A program made the translations under genes and the position numbers. A model generated the notes under the pieces. It worked only from the letters and a program-made list of their open reading frames with translations, was not told the DNA's origin and made no database searches. Below are positions 1 through 13,600 of a DNA stretch of 64,000 nucleotides, piece by piece (the first letter of the stretch is position 1; every line of letters starts with the position of its first letter). The DNA is from Pseudovirgaria hyperparasitica (taxonomy: Eukaryota): NCBI GenBank assembly GCA_010093815.1, contig ML996565.1. One strand, 5' to 3'.

Positions 1-3000
1 TCTAGTCCGTGTTCGATCACTCTCGACACGTCCACTTCTTACTCTCTGCCCCTCTCTTGCCACTCTGGCCGTTTCTCCGCGATCTGCCCGCTCTGCCCGT
101 GTGGTGCTCGTCGGACTCGGCACATCGGCCTCTTGCATGCTTAGTTGCGCGAGGATAGGTGTGATTGATCTGTCGTCGCGTCTACTTCGTGGAGGAGATG
201 GAGGGGGGGCCATCGGTGAGTCTACCGGCTCTTCTCTTGCTGCCGAGGATGTCTCTGCGTTCTCTGGCGTGCGTGGTGGTTCACTTAGGTCCTCGTGCAG
301 ACGCTTATGATGCGACGCCCGTCGGTGCTTTGGGCGGATGACGTCTGAGTCTGCAGCGTATGAATCGCGCTCGCGGCGGCGCGAGGAGTTGGAGTCTCGA
401 CTTTCGAGGACGCGGGCTGTACTTGATGTTGTGCCTGGGCGTGAACGGGTTGTGATTGGAGGTGGCGGATCGGGCTTAGGAGGGCCGCGACCGAAGAGGC
501 TACCAAGGAAAGAGTTTCGGCGCTGCGTAGGAGGAGGGTTGGTTGGAACAGATTCAGAGAGGCGACGGGATCGCGAGTGTACGGGACGTGTCGTCGTAGT
601 AGGTTCAGACTCTTCAGCCTCTCTCCTCGCAGCGTCCTTTCCACGCCATGTTCCCTGAGCAGCGGCTTGCTCTGCTGCTTTTCTCTCCCTGCGTCGCCTC
701 CGTCGATCGGCCTCTTCCTGAGCGATGCTTGGGTCGAAGTCATCTTTGGCACGTATTTGGGCTTCCTTCTCTTCCAGCTCCTGCTTCTTGGCTGCAATCT
801 TGGCATCGATTTTTGCGAGCTTTGCGAGTCGTTTGCGTTCGATTTTGGCTTCTAGCTCTCGTTGATGGGCCTCTTCTTCAGCTATGCGTTGCTTCTCTTC
901 TTCGCGCTCGCGGCGGCGCTCTTCACGGCGTCGACGACGGCGCGCTTCGCGGGCTCTCTCATACTCTTCGTCTTCGAGCTGGAGCCTTCGGAGATCCTCA
1001 GCTTCTTTTACATCTCGCGCCCGGCGCTTCGACTCCTTTCGGGAGGATTCGCCGTGATGACGCTTGTCTTTGACCACTATAGACGCTACGGGGGGTGCTT
1101 TCACTCGATCTAGACCGGATTCGGGGTGTTTATCTCTGTGTCTACGCTCGTGTCTTGGTCTGTCACGTCCGCTCTTACCCGAGCTGTCGCCTGATGCAAA
1201 ACTTTCACGTCGACGGCGGTGTAATAGTTCACCGCTGCCTCGATGAGAATGTGAATGAGAATGTCGGCGAGAGCGCTTTGCTTCTTTGGCTTCAGAGACA
1301 TCTTGAGAGCGGATATCAACAGCATCAGGATGAATCTCTTCGGGAACGGGTTGAGGTGGCGGCACAATCTCAGGAATGGATCGTTCAAGGATAGGTGGTA
1401 GAGGAATAGTTCTCGGGAGCGGCGGAGGCGGTGATGGCACGGCTTGCTCTATTGGAGGCGGAGGCCCTGTACCATCTGATGAAGTACTTTGTTCCACGGT
1501 AGTGGCAGCAGCTTCTGCACTTGGTTCTCCAGGCGGCGCAATGGCATCAATCTGTGCCTCCTTGGAAACCTCGTCCTGTGGTGCCTCTACGTTTGTCGGC
1601 TGTGCAGGAGCACCCGTGTTTTGGTTCGGCTCATCTGCCTTTACTGCTTCTTCATTTGGCTCTTCCTTTGGTGGCTCTTCTTCCTTTGGTGGGTCTTCCT
1701 CCTTTGGTAGGTCTTCGCTAAGAGGCTCTTCCTTTGGGGGCTCTTCGGTTGAGGGCTCTTCGCTGGGAGGCTCTTCGCTAGGAGGCTCTTCGCTGGGAGG
1801 CTCTTCGCTGGGAGGCTCTTCCTTTGGGGGCTCTTCGGTTGAGGGCTCTTCGCTGGGAGGCTCTTCCTTTGGAGGCTCTTCGGTTGTGGGCTCTTCTATT
1901 GGTGGCTCTTCGGTTGGAGGCTCCTTGTTTGATGCTGGCTCTTCAGCTTTTGGCTCTTCAGACTTTGGCTCTTCTGCTTTTGGCTCTTCTGCTTTTGCGT
2001 CTTCTTCTTTTGGTTTCTCTCCTTCGTCCACTGGAGGCTGGTCCTCAGTTGTGGTCTCTGCTGGGGTTTGATCCGTTGGTTCTGCCTCCTTAGCAATTTC
2101 GTCCTCGGAGGGTCCCTCAGCCGGCTCATCCTTAGGAGATTCCTCCTCGGGTTTCTCTGCTTCTGCGGACTTGTCTTCAACAGCCGGACTGAGAGATGTC
2201 TCTTCGGCTGAAGGCTCAGCAGGTTTAACCACATCCATGTCACCTTGCGTCGTTTCACCATCGGCTTTGGATGACTCTTCCGTACCCTGCTCGGGCTCAC
2301 TTGAGGGTACGGTAGCTTCATTTATTGCTTCCGGCGACTCTGGTGTATCTTCTACAGGCTTAGAATCTTCTGCAGCGTCTGTTACGTCTTTGTTGTCGTC
2401 GCCATCATCAGCTGGCATGGCACTGGCTGCGCTTACTGATTCGGCTATAGTGCTTTCGCCTGGCGCTTCTTCACTGGGTGGGCTTTCTTCAGCGCTCTCG
2501 GCAGCGGCCGGCGGATCTGGGCTGCTTTCTTCACTCGCTGGTTGCTCCTTTGTTTCTTCAGATGTGGTAGCAGCCGGTTCATTGGGTGAGGTCTCACTTG
2601 CAGGAACTTCTGGTGCAGCAGGTGCATCTGTTTGTTCACCCTCAGTTTCTTCGTCAGTCCCAGGAGGAGTTTCGACAGGCGGTTGAGGCTCCTCTGGCTT
2701 TGGAACAGATGGCGATGATGATTCGGCTTCGGGAGCTGAAGACTCTTGTTGCTCCGGAGCAACGTCAGGTTTCGGCTCTTCGTCAGATGGGGGCTTTTCT
2801 GATCCAACCGGGTCTTCGGTGTCAGCAGTATTGTCTGGTGGGACGTCAGGAGGGCTTTCAGCAGAAGTAGTCACTTCAGCAGTTGGAGTAGACTGCTCTT
2901 CACTGGTCGCTGCCGCTCCTGTCTTATCCACTTCAGCAGCTGGCGCAGGTTGGTTTTCGGTAGTAGCTGGTTCGCCTGCTTCATCCGCTTCAGGCTCTTC

Positions 3001-6000
3001 ATGACTTTCACTCGCCGGTGAGCCAATCATTGCAGCAGCAAGATCAGCCACAGCAACAGGATCAATCGATTCAGCTGTGACACCTTCATTCTTCAGAGTT
3101 TCCTCGATAGCTCTTTTTGCATTTTCGGCTTTAAGTCGCTCTTCTTCCTCTTTGGCAGACATAGCGATAATGGCCAAATTAACGTCGTGGTCTATTTTCT
3201 CTTTGCTCTCGTCTTCGAGACCGTATGCCTCAAGAACTTCAGGTGGGAGATTGACCTTTTCGGGCTCAGGCGCAGTTTCTGCCTCTTTCTCTCCACTGCT
3301 TTCGCCAGTCTCATCTTCTTCGGTTGTGGGTGCGGACTCTTCAACAGGCTGTTCTGACTCTTGGGATTCAGAACCTGTTTCGACGGTTTCATCAGAAGCA
3401 GTGGTCTGATCAGGTTCAGAGGCGTTGTCCTTTTCACCAGAATTCTCAATGAGCGGTTCTTGGACGTTACACTCGGCTTCAGCAAGAGATTCGGCCACTG
3501 TTTCCTCTGAGGATGGTGCAGGGTCGCTAGGTGGATCTGCTGTAGCCTTCTCTTCTTCAGCGGGCTGATTAGTGTTCTCAACAGTATCAGCTGGCGTTTC
3601 CTTAGGAATATCATCGTTGATTGTAGGTTCAGCAGAGACATTGTCAGGCGGAATTGGAGTCTCTATAGTCTCTGAGGTATCAGCAGCGTCCTGGGCTTCT
3701 GAATTTTCCACAGCTTCTGGTTCCCTTGATGATTCTGAGTCTCCACTCGCAGACGGCGTTGGCTCTTTCGGATCCTCTGACACATCAGTAGCCTCTGGAG
3801 CGGCCGTAGCATCCCCACCTTCATTTTGAACTGGCTCTGGAGCTTCTGGAGTTTTTGAGGACTCCGATTCTTCACCTTGAGACGGTAATGGGGCGGCTGG
3901 AGTATCTGAAACTTCGGTCGCCTCTGGACTGTTGGTGGCATCTACACCCTGATCTAGATCTGACTCCGATGCTTCTAGGGCGTCGGGTGTTTCTAAAATC
4001 TCTGATAATTCCTCATCCTCCCTTCCAGGCGGCATTGGCGCTTCCGGAGGCACCTCTTGCGAAGTCTCATCTGCATGTGAATCACCATCGGTTTCCTCAG
4101 CACTAAAGTCGCTCTCCAGTGGTGACGGAGGCTCAGGCACCTCGGGTCTAAGGTCGATACTTTCGATATCTGAGCGGTCTAGAGGGTCAGCCTCGGCTTT
4201 GTCTTCCGGATTGCCTTCGAATTCTGTCTGGATAGGCTCAGGTGTGGATGGGACATCTTGAGGTGAGGGTGAAAGTGCATCGTCTGCAGCTAGCTCTTTG
4301 TCTGTGGTTGGTGGCTCAGCAGTCTCAGCAGTCTCAGCAGCCTCAGCAGCCTCAGTAACTTCAGTAGCCTCAGCAGTCTCAGCAGTCTCAGCAGCCTCAG
4401 CAGCCTCAGCAGTCTCAGCAGCCTCAGTAACTTCAGTAGCCTCAGTAACTTCAGTAGCCTCAGTAACTTCAGTAGCCTCAGTAGCCTCAGTAGCCTCAGT
4501 AACCTCAGCAGCATCTGCCGGATTCTCATCTGGGCTGACAGGCTCATCAGCACCGGCAGCAGTAGCACCTTCACCAACGTCGGCCTCTATTTCTTGTTGA
4601 GGCTCTTCAGTACCAGATTGCTCTGGTGCACTGCCGTCTTCAGGAGCTGACTCGGCCGGACCTTGAGCGTCGGCACTGGCTTCTCCTTGAGGCTCTGCTC
4701 CTGGAGCGTTGCTCTCTGCTTCTCCAGATTGTACTTCGACATTGGCGTTGGTTTCAGTAGCTGGTGAGTCTTGATCACCTTCAGGAACTGGAGGGCTAGG
4801 ATCGCCATCGCCCGTAGGCTCTACTATGGGTTCAGGAGGATTGCTTTCGGATGTATCCGGGCTGTCGTCCGACGATTGAGCATCGGGAGGGGCATCCTGC
4901 ACCTCTTCTGTGTTGGGTGACTCGTCAGTAGTAGCAGGCTCTCCACTTGATGCTGCTGCTGGGGCTTCTTCTGCCTTTGATTCGTCTGCAGCTGGGTCCT
5001 CTGTAGCCGGGTCCTCTGCAGCTGGGTCCTCTGCAGTTGGCTCCTCTGCAGCTGGGTCCTCTGCAGCTGGGTCCTCTGCGGCTGGGTCCTCTGCGGCTGG
5101 GTCCTCTGCGGCTGGGTCCTCTGCGGCTGGGTCCTCTGCAGCTGGGTCCTCTGTAGCTGGGTCCTCTGTAGCTGGGTCCTCTGTAGCTGGGTCCTCTGTC
5201 TTTGACACTTCAGTTTCTGGCTCTTCTGTCTTTGAGGTCTCGGGTAGAGTCTGATCTGCAGGAAGACTGTCCGTCACAGGAGGTAGTGTATCAACAGATG
5301 CCTCTTCACTTGATGATGGCTCTATAGCTGGAGGCTCATCATCGGGGGGTGCAGGTGTATCTACAGCTCCCACATCCCCTGACGGCTCTACTGGCCCTGC
5401 CTCAGGCTCACCCGCTTCAGCAACGGGTTCCTTGGCCGAAGCCTCAGCTTCCTGTTCTGGCGCTGTTTCAACGTCGTTAGACGCATCGTTTGAGACATCT
5501 GCCACCCCATCACTTGGACTGCCAGTCGGTTTGTCCTCATCCATGGATGTTGTTGATAGGGCATCTGCCGGTGGTGGACTTGGAGCTTGTGGTGGTACAT
5601 CGAGCTCAGCGTCACGTTTTGAGCTTGAGCTTGAGGATCTTCTACTTTTCTTTTTCTTCGAGGAGTCTTTTTTGGACTTCTTCTTTTCGGCCTCCAGCTC
5701 CTTCTTCGAGTTGTCTTTCTTTGCGGACTTGTGTGGCCGTATCATTGCCGGGGGCGGTTTCTTCTTCTCCTTCTCCTTGGACGACGATGATGATGCTGAT
5801 GACTTAGAGACGGTATCATCCTCCTTTTCAGGCGCCTTCGTGTTAGCTTCCTCCGTAGCTAGCTCGTCTGAAGCTTCTTTTGGCAGTGGCTTCGATTTCT
5901 TCAGTATCGGAGACGGTGGTGCCACTTTCGGTCTGACTTTTGCCAGCACCGGCGACGGGGGCGTAGTCTTCAATTTAGCCTTTGCGAGGATGGGTGAAGG

Positions 6001-7026
6001 CGGCGCTGCTGCTTTCTTAGCAGCCTCAGCCTCCATCCTGGCGGCCTCAGCTTCCTTCTTTTTCTTTTCCTTCTCAGCCCTGAGTTCAGCCCGTGTTGGT
6101 TGGTGAGGTCGGGTCATAACCGGAAGAGGTTTTTTCTTCTTCAACTTGAGCGCTGCGCCCTCTTTGGTGTCTGCAGAGAAGTGAACGCTCTTCTCGCCGT
6201 GATCTGTGGAAGATGTGTCGCCCGGCGGATCTGGGGCTGCAGGCGGGGGATCTGGTGCAGCGGGCGATGATTCTACTACTGGTGAAGGAGAAGGGGTGGG
6301 ATCGATTTGGGCAGTTGGAGGGGGAGATGACGCTGGAACAGGGGCTGGTGAAGGAGCTTCAGTCACAGGTGGGGGTGGAGGAGTATCGGTCACTGGCGGA
6401 GAAGGAGGACTCTCGACTACCGGCGCAGGAGCGCTAACATCAGACGGAGGTGATGCAACACTCTCAGGGGCTGGCTCTGGCTCCGGGACGAGAGCTGGTG
6501 GTTCTTCATTAGCAGGCTCTGTCGGTTGCGCCGGATCAGGAAGTGTCTCTTCCTTTTCGGGAGCTGGGGCTGGCGGTGCAGTTTCCTCCGCGGGTGCCGG
6601 CGCTGCTGGTGGTGGTGGTGGAGAAATAGTCTCTACTTCCGGCACAGGCACGGGAACTGGTGCAGGGTCAGGCTGGGCAGGCGGTGGGGGTTGTTCTATA
6701 TACATTGGTCAGAATGCGATGTACGCACTGCATATATGAGAAATTAGGGTTTCAAACATACCTTCTACAATCTCATTCTCAGGCTCAACTTGCTCATCTT
6801 CTTCGTCTTCGTGTTCAGAGGGTGGCTCTTGATAGTCGAAGGGATTGTAAGGCACCGCCATTCTCTTATAATTACCAGGAGATGATTCCTCTTGAAATTG
6901 GTAGAAGTAGTTGGCGGTATTCCCGTAATCCGGATACGCAGCCGGAGCTGGGGGCTGTGAATACATGTGTGGATCTCTCCATTGTGAGACGGATACACTT
7001 CCGTAGGATCGCAAGGGTCTAGCCAT
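1..7026 (-). CDS. Very large (>2300 aa) Pro/Glu/Ala-rich, largely disordered protein with internal tandem repeats; 3' end lies beyond the window edge
   Basis: ATG at 7026 (MARPLRSYG...EPENEIVE). Intron 6761..6696 (GTATGT...CTGAC...TAG) joins in frame to EQPPPPAQPDPAP. No stop codon in any stretch spot-checked down to position 1; absent from the ORF track as expected for a frame that runs off the edge. Contains a K-rich segment, AEDPA/EAT/EEPP repeats and an Arg-rich, coiled-coil-like region (EEKQRIAEEEAHQRELEAKI). Confidence 0.85.
1658..1995 (-). repeat. Coding 15-bp tandem repeat (GGCTCTTCNNTNGGN) encoding EEPP[SK]-type pentapeptides
   Basis: About 20 degenerate copies visible, e.g. ggctcttcgctggga; boundaries approximate. 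Confidence 0.85.
4316..4510 (-). repeat. Coding 9-bp tandem repeat encoding EAT/EVT/EAA/ETA tripeptides
   Basis: ctcagcagt/ctcagcagc/ctcagtaac/ttcagtagc units repeated about 20 times. Confidence 0.9.
4985..5198 (-). repeat. Coding 15-bp tandem repeat encoding [AT]EDPA pentapeptides
   Basis: gctgggtcctctgc[ag]/gta repeated about 14 times. Confidence 0.9.
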
Positions 7027-8536
7027 GATATGAGGTTGCCCGAAGGGGCCGATACGTTGGAGTTGCTAAGGTTCACGGACTTCTTCGAAACTTGAAGATT
7101 GCTTTATGGATGTGGTAGAGCCGACGGTTTCTCCTGTCCATACTGAATGAGCACCTACGAATGGTCCGAGAGTGTACTAGACGTTAAGCGAAGAGTGCTA
7201 TGTGGGTTGATGCCATTTGTTAGAGTAGTGTCAGTTTGTGGTGCAGGCAGTAAGTCAAGTCAGCGAGTCGAGGACGACGTAGTCAGCGTATGACAGAGAG
7301 AGATGTAAGTAGGCCAAGTACAGTACGAGGGTAGACGGAAAGGTGTCCGGGGAAGTCGAGCAAGCTAAATGACGACAGAAGAACAATTGAAGAGATTGAG
7401 TATCACACTTGGATGCCGAATCGCATTGGGCTGCTGTCTAAGGGAACCATGACTGGCATTCGATGGGTCTAGCCGAGACGGGCATCATTGGAGCCACGTC
7501 AAACGGAACAGACACCAGACGCCAGGACGGGCAGGGCCGTGATGCAGAAGAAAAGAAAAGGCACGCAACGTGTGTGTTTCTAAGTTAGCCATGGTGGTTC
7601 ATCGAGTCCGACGGGCCGCATGATACGGCAAGTGACAGACAACGAAAACCCTGGTGCGATGCGTTGTACGGCAGCCACAGGTACAGTTTTGCGATATGTG
7701 CATGTGTGGTGATCGAGGATGGGTGTGGGGTCAAGGCTGCTGGCCAGGAGTACAGGGCCTCCATTGCTGCCAGCGATGCCCTTCGATGCTCACAGTCCTC
7801 AGTCAGAATACCAAGATCGAGGGCAAATGACATTGCGGGCATGCAGGAGGCCGAAGCGGACAAATGAGACTCACAATGGCGGGTGGAGGGGTGCGATGAG
7901 GATACACGAAGCAACAATTGATTGAAGAAATATGAAGTGAATGCTGCACAGAAGTGGGGAGGACTGACGTGGTGTCTGGCTTTGGCCAGAAATGGTCTAG
8001 CGCCGCCGTGTCCCGGAGGACTCCCGCGCTAATCTCGCCCCGGCCCGTAGAGGCAATCGAAACACACTTCGATATTGCTCTAAACAGCTTTGGGCTTTTT
8101 CTATATATATCATCAGGTGTGTCCATCTGCAGTATCTGATGTCTGACTCCCTTATATTTACTGCTAGTTATCTGAAATATCTGAAGATGATAAACTTGGT
8201 CTGCCATGAATTCGAGTGAGCGTTTCGTAGGTACTGGAGATCGTTAGCCTGCTATGGACCTACTAGTACACTTCAATTTTATGATGATCGAAAGAGTGGC
8301 ACCGGAAGTGTTGTAACGATAAGACTCTAATCCAGTAGCCCTGAAGGCTTGGAAAATGGGATTGATGAAACTTGGGTCGGCTTATCTGAACCGGATGTTG
8401 ACGGCAGCTCCACAGTCTTTTTATTAATTATGGTACGAATTATTTCGCAGTTAGTATATAACCATGTATATTTCCTGATCCTATTTGCAGTTCTATAAAG
8501 TCAATCCTCGAATCCTTGACTAATATCATCTTCAAC

Positions 8537-9205
8537 ATGCGTCTCATCGATCTCGCGCTCCCTGTCGCCCTCGCCTCCATTGCCCAAGCCAAGAAAAAGA
8601 GCATTTACTACTACCTGGACCATTCTTGTACCGACGGGTCTTTCGGTGCTTACGAATCTTGCGTCCACTGGGATGAGCGGTCGTGCTGCTATACCGAGCA
8701 CAAAGTAGCCTCAGCATCCATCAGTCTTCATACAGAAGACCAGACTGCGTACTTCTTCTCTAGCTCGAATCCCTACTGCTCGAGGCTAGTTTCTGTAAGC
8801 TAGAGACACTCAGATGAAGCTTAGACGATGTACTAATAGTCCAACCAGACAGTCCAAGGGCCAGGCAATCACTGCGTCAAATCTGAAGGGCTCGATGTGA
8901 TTAATGGTGTTGGCTGGGTCGATAACGCTGCCAAGGTTACACTAGGGGAGGGTGCCACAGAGGAGAGAAAGGCAAATCGGGTAGCAGAGTGCAGCACGTC
9001 TGTCAAGACCAGCGTCTTTGGACTTCGGATGGGAGATGGCGATCTAGAGATACAGGTCGAGAGTGTGGACTCGTACGAGCGGCTCTACAGGGACTTCCTA
9101 GGTCTCAGCATGACTCGTGTTGATATGCAAGCTTGGTTCATACGTAAGGGTGCTGTGTTTGTTGCGCAGGAACAAAACATGACTGTTTCTCTTGTTGATA
9201 AATAG
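8537..9205 (+). CDS. Small secreted cysteine-rich protein (about 204 aa), effector candidate
   Basis: Signal-peptide-like N-terminus MRLIDLALPVALASIAQA. Intron 8795..8848 (GTAAGC...TACTAAT...CAG) joins ORFs 8516..8803 and 8897..9205 in frame. Seven Cys. Confidence 0.75.
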
Positions 9206-9490
9206 AGTCGTCAAATGTTGATTGGAAACGGAACGGTACGATCGCAAGTTTGTTGGGTTTACTCGTCGTAAAACATGAGCCCCTAACCGTCAGTCAGACC
9301 GTCGCTTGTCTCTACTATGGTCCATATGCGACCAGCGCCCCAAAGAAGAATTGTGGATGTGAAGCTTTTCTGCGCCTCTGATCTTCGTCGTGACTGCCGT
9401 CCACTTCCCTAATTCAGCCTAGGTGTACATGGATTGCTGGATAGGATATCATCGAAGGCGAGACGTCATCCGCGAAAGGATCTCCATGGT

Positions 9491-10282
9491 TCAGCGTTGA
9501 ACGCAAAGATCACTCCTGATGACCCACTTTTCGCCCTGTATAACTTCTCGTCCTTCGTGAAGCATGCATTCGGCCCCGTGGCGATGGAGTAATGCCATGC
9601 CAGCCTCTAGTCCGACAACAACGGGCCCCACTGTTTGATTCTTGGCAGCTTTCGACTTTTTAGGCAGATCATCTTCAGGATAAAACACTGTCTCCCCTCC
9701 AATGCATCCTGTTGCAGGTGATGTCAGGTAGAGTAGCAAGGTCCATGTAGTACGAGCGGGTACCGAAGGTGTCCCAGGCAGGACGACATTGTTCGAGTCG
9801 TCGTAGTGTTGATCAAAGAACTGCCCTTTGCTGTACCGGTAGATCCGGATGTTTGGGTTGAGACCAACCACGTAGCCGCCCCAGAGTTTCTCCAGCCCAT
9901 CATCAGACAATGGTAGAGCGCCCTCCTGATTGACGCCCATAATGAGATTCCTCAAGGCTGTCTCGCACCATAGCCGCTCAGCAAATGCGGCGTCATCGAC
10001 CTGGAAGCGGTCGTTCACGCGCACTGCCTCTCCCTTCTTTGGTTTTCCAGGCGTAGTGACCATTGGTAGTGAGCTCAAGAAATTTACGTATTCTTTGCAA
10101 AGCTTCGAGCTAAAGAGATTCGACACAGTCAAGATCTGGTTTGGAACTAGTTCGTGAAGTCGGAGATCCACTTCCGGTAGCAATGGTTTGAAGGGCGGCC
10201 ATGAAGGGAGCTTCACGTCAGCTGTTGTAGCCCTCGCGGATGTCACTGAGGACTTTTCATTCTTTTTGCTTTTGGGAGCCAT
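9491..10282 (-). CDS. 2-oxoglutarate/Fe(II)-dependent oxygenase, prolyl-4-hydroxylase-like family
   Basis: HxD motif (FDQHYDD), LLYLT...GGETVF, distal His (MLHEG), KWVIRSD; first ATG at 10282 (MAPKSKK). Confidence 0.85.
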   Translation of the reverse strand: MAPKSKKNEKSSVTSARATTADVKLPSWPPFKPLLPEVDLRLHELVPNQILTVSNLFSSKLCKEYVNFLSSLPMVTTPGKPKKGEAVRVNDRFQVDDAAFAERLWCETALRNLIMGVNQEGALPLSDDGLEKLWGGYVVGLNPNIRIYRYSKGQFFDQHYDDSNNVVLPGTPSVPARTTWTLLLYLTSPATGCIGGETVFYPEDDLPKKSKAAKNQTVGPVVVGLEAGMALLHRHGAECMLHEGREVIQGEKWVIRSDLCVQR

Positions 10283-10668
10283 TGTTGACGGCAATACCAG
10301 TATTCAGGCGAAACAGTCCTTGAGTCTAAGACTGTTGCCTGAGCGACTCCGTCAGTCATAAAGCCTCGATATCCTTTAGTCGCTCATATCGGAAGCAGTA
10401 GGCATGAAGTGAACCACGGTTTTCAACACAGACTGGAGGGATTCTGTCATATAGTTTGCGCGTGGACTCAGGTCAGAGATTTACTCACCTTTACATACAC
10501 ACTCGTCTCCAATATGAGCCAACTGTACATGCCCTTTTCCTTGCGACAAAAACCGACAAACTTGCTCGACGGCACTTCACACTTCACCGACAGTCCCACT
10601 GGGGTAATCAAAAGCGCTAGGAGACGTTGGCTAGCGTCCGTGCACACTGCCAAGCTTTTCGAGCCAGC

Positions 10669-13600
10669 ATGCCGGGTAACGTTTGGACTGAGGCAGAAGT
10701 GGAGGAAACGGCGGAGACCTCAATTTCAACTTCAACCTCGACTTCTATCTTAAACCCTCTCTATCGTTGTCGCAAAGCCGATCTACACACTCTCCTCCGG
10801 GCTTCTGCTTTGTCCACGCCAGCTCTCAGCTCCAGTACCAGCTCACCCGCCGACGAATTCTCCTTCTTCCCCTCTCCTGTGCCTGTTACAGACACTCCCG
10901 AAGCGGTCTCTTATGCTCGCGACAAATACGTCCCATTCGATTACTTTACCTTTCCCGACGACGCTTGGGATGCTTTCTCGACCGGGCCGATGGTTGAACA
11001 GGATGGAAACAAGTCGCATAGCCCGCAACGTGCGGAGCTGCTGAACGGACAAGATGCCCAACCCGACGCCGCCGTCGTGCAGGTTGCGCAAGAGGAAGAG
11101 GCGGTGGACGGAGTATCTCAGGATGCGCCTGCGCTGGCACAGGGAGAAGTTTCAATCGCAGCTTCCAATGAGCTCGCGCAAACATCTTCCGAGACTCGAA
11201 CTATCTTTCCAGCGTTGGATTTCCCTCTCTTCGACGCCCAGGGCCTTCCAACTTCTGTTCCCTTTCCCGCACCCACGCTGCCTGCTACCTCTAGAGAAAA
11301 CGTCCCCTCTACCTCCGCGAATGACCTGAATCACCACGGTCCGTCCGCAAACCCCTTCAGCAACTTTCCAGATATATCCACTACGGGTCAACTGACTCCT
11401 TTGCCGGCGAACTATGAAGCCATGCTGCAAGCAATTCCCGACAATCTCGCGCCTTGGGACATCCTAAGCCATACCGTAGATCCTGTCGCATTAGGCACAA
11501 TGCAGAACAAGGTGCGCAGTGCCTTCGCCAAGCTCGTCTTCAACGATGGAGACTTCTACATGACAACCTATTCTATTGAGCTGGGTCGCGCTCATGATGA
11601 TTCTTCGGAGCCCAAACGGAGGAAGAGACGGGCAGAACGACGGGATGGACAGTCATGTTCGCGCAAGCGGCGCAAACTTCGAAGCTGCAAATCTCTCAGC
11701 GAGAATGGTGGCATATTACACGACGAGGATGCATGGGGCTCGAGGGATAGCCACCCAAATGGCTCTCCTACCGCAAACCCAAAAGATCTTGTACACCCCT
11801 CCCGATACGAGTACCACAACATGTCACATAACGCCTCATTTGAGGATGGTGTGGCCCAAGTCGACACATCTCACGTCCCTAACCCAGATAGATGTGTCAA
11901 AGTTCCAATTCACCCACCAAAACACGCGCCCTTTGGGGGGCTCCACGCCGTCTCCCGGAAACATGCTGTGATCAAATACAACTTCGATAGCGGCAACTTT
12001 GATATTCACGTCCTCGGTAGAAACGGGGTCTTTGTTGCGAGACCAGGCGAAGAGACTGTTCACTTGACGCCACCCGAGATCAAACCATTACAGCACCAAG
12101 ATGGTGTGCGCATTGGAGCAGTCGAATTCCGTTTCTTCTTACCCAGTCATGATGATGATGACCAATTAAGCGAGTCCGACTTGGAGGAAGAGATGAACTA
12201 TACATTTGAGAATAGTCGAGGTGAGAGTATCGCACCTACCGGCGATGGCATGGATTCAGAGGAAGAAGATGCTGCCCAGACCAACTCGCTTTCGTATGAT
12301 TATGATGAGTCCCTACTACTGGACTCAGATCTCCAGAGTGACGAAGAAGAATTTGAACCTATCAGACCAGAAAAAAAGAAGCGAAAGCACCAGCCACCGC
12401 CGCCTCCAGCACCGAAGCTGAAGCTCAATCTGAAGAAGAAGGCCCCCAAGGAAGAATACGTGCAAAAGACCAAGTTGAGTAAGGTGAAAAAGAAGACGAA
12501 GCGTGGCATTGCGGAAAAGAAAAAGAAAAATAAGAACAAAAAGACCGTGGTGCCAGATGAAGAGATGGATGCGGCAAAGATCGTAGCATCTCCTTCGCCG
12601 AAAGAGGTGCCTAAGACTGAGGCGATTCAGAAAGAATCGGATAAAGAAAACAAAGACGTCAAGCCCTCAGTCGAGTTGAAAGAAGAATGTCCTATCATCA
12701 GTAGGCCATTCTCTCAAGACACAGCTAAAGATCCGACGTCATTCAAGGCCGTCGTACTACAAGGAGCGTCCGCAGATACCGCTGGTACAACCATGTACGA
12801 AGACCCCGCAGAACTTGAAAAGCTTGGTCTACCGCCAGGTACAGTCTTCAGACGCAAATCCGGCCCTGGTAGACCCCCGAAAGACGGCGTGATGTCTAAG
12901 CGTGAGAAAGCTTTGTGGGCGAAGTTGGCTAAGGAGAGGGAGAAGGCAGTCAAAGAAGGCCGCAACCCGGAGGATATCACTATCGAAAGCATCCAAAATG
13001 CACCAAACAAAGCAGCTCCACGCCCTGCACAACTCTCAACCGATCATGTTGGTGGCTCCGCGAATGAGGTTAATGGTGAAGGTTCATCCTCCATGGCACC
13101 GGTACGACGACTTTCTAGAGCAGAAAAGATCGAGGAGCCAGCATCGCCACCAGCACGCAAAGAAGACTTCACTCCTGAACAGCTACAGAAGCCTGCTGCC
13201 AACTATGTACAGATCATCTGGGAAGTACTCCATGAAGCTGAGGGCCATCAATTGCCTTTGCAGTCCATCTACCGATCTATAAAACGGAAGTACCCTTACT
13301 ATGAATTCGTAGCAGGCTCGAAGGGCTGGGAATCATCAGTGCGACACAATCTGTTGTCTGGCGATGCGTTTGTGAAAGTTAAAGAAGGGACCAGTAAATC
13401 TGGTGTCGTCTGGAGACTCGACTTGAGTAAGCCTATCCAAAAGGTCGCACGTAGAAGAGCTGCGACACCTCCACAACAACAGCCGCAGCACGCAAATCAT
13501 CCTCCATCGTATTATCCACAACATATGGCACAATACCAGATGCAACCTGGACAGCGTCCTCCTGTTTCCGCATATCCTCCACAATCCCAACCACCTCAAC

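Noticed and set aside
1658..5198. Repeat arrays as CRISPR-like or telomeric repeats
   Set aside because: No spacers; periods are multiples of three and lie inside a coding exon
101..6747. Many Ser/Gly/Ala-rich + strand ORFs and Leu/Arg-rich - strand ORFs (e.g. 1376..2071, 4290..4577, 5432..6106)
   Set aside because: Shadow frames of the single long repetitive minus-strand CDS
1..7026. Identification of the giant protein as the Woronin-body tether leashin
   Set aside because: Only size and acidity fit; no diagnostic sequence recognised and the C-terminus is outside the window
7585..8207. Short overlapping ORFs upstream of the giant gene
   Set aside because: No motifs or convincing splice structure; treated as intergenic
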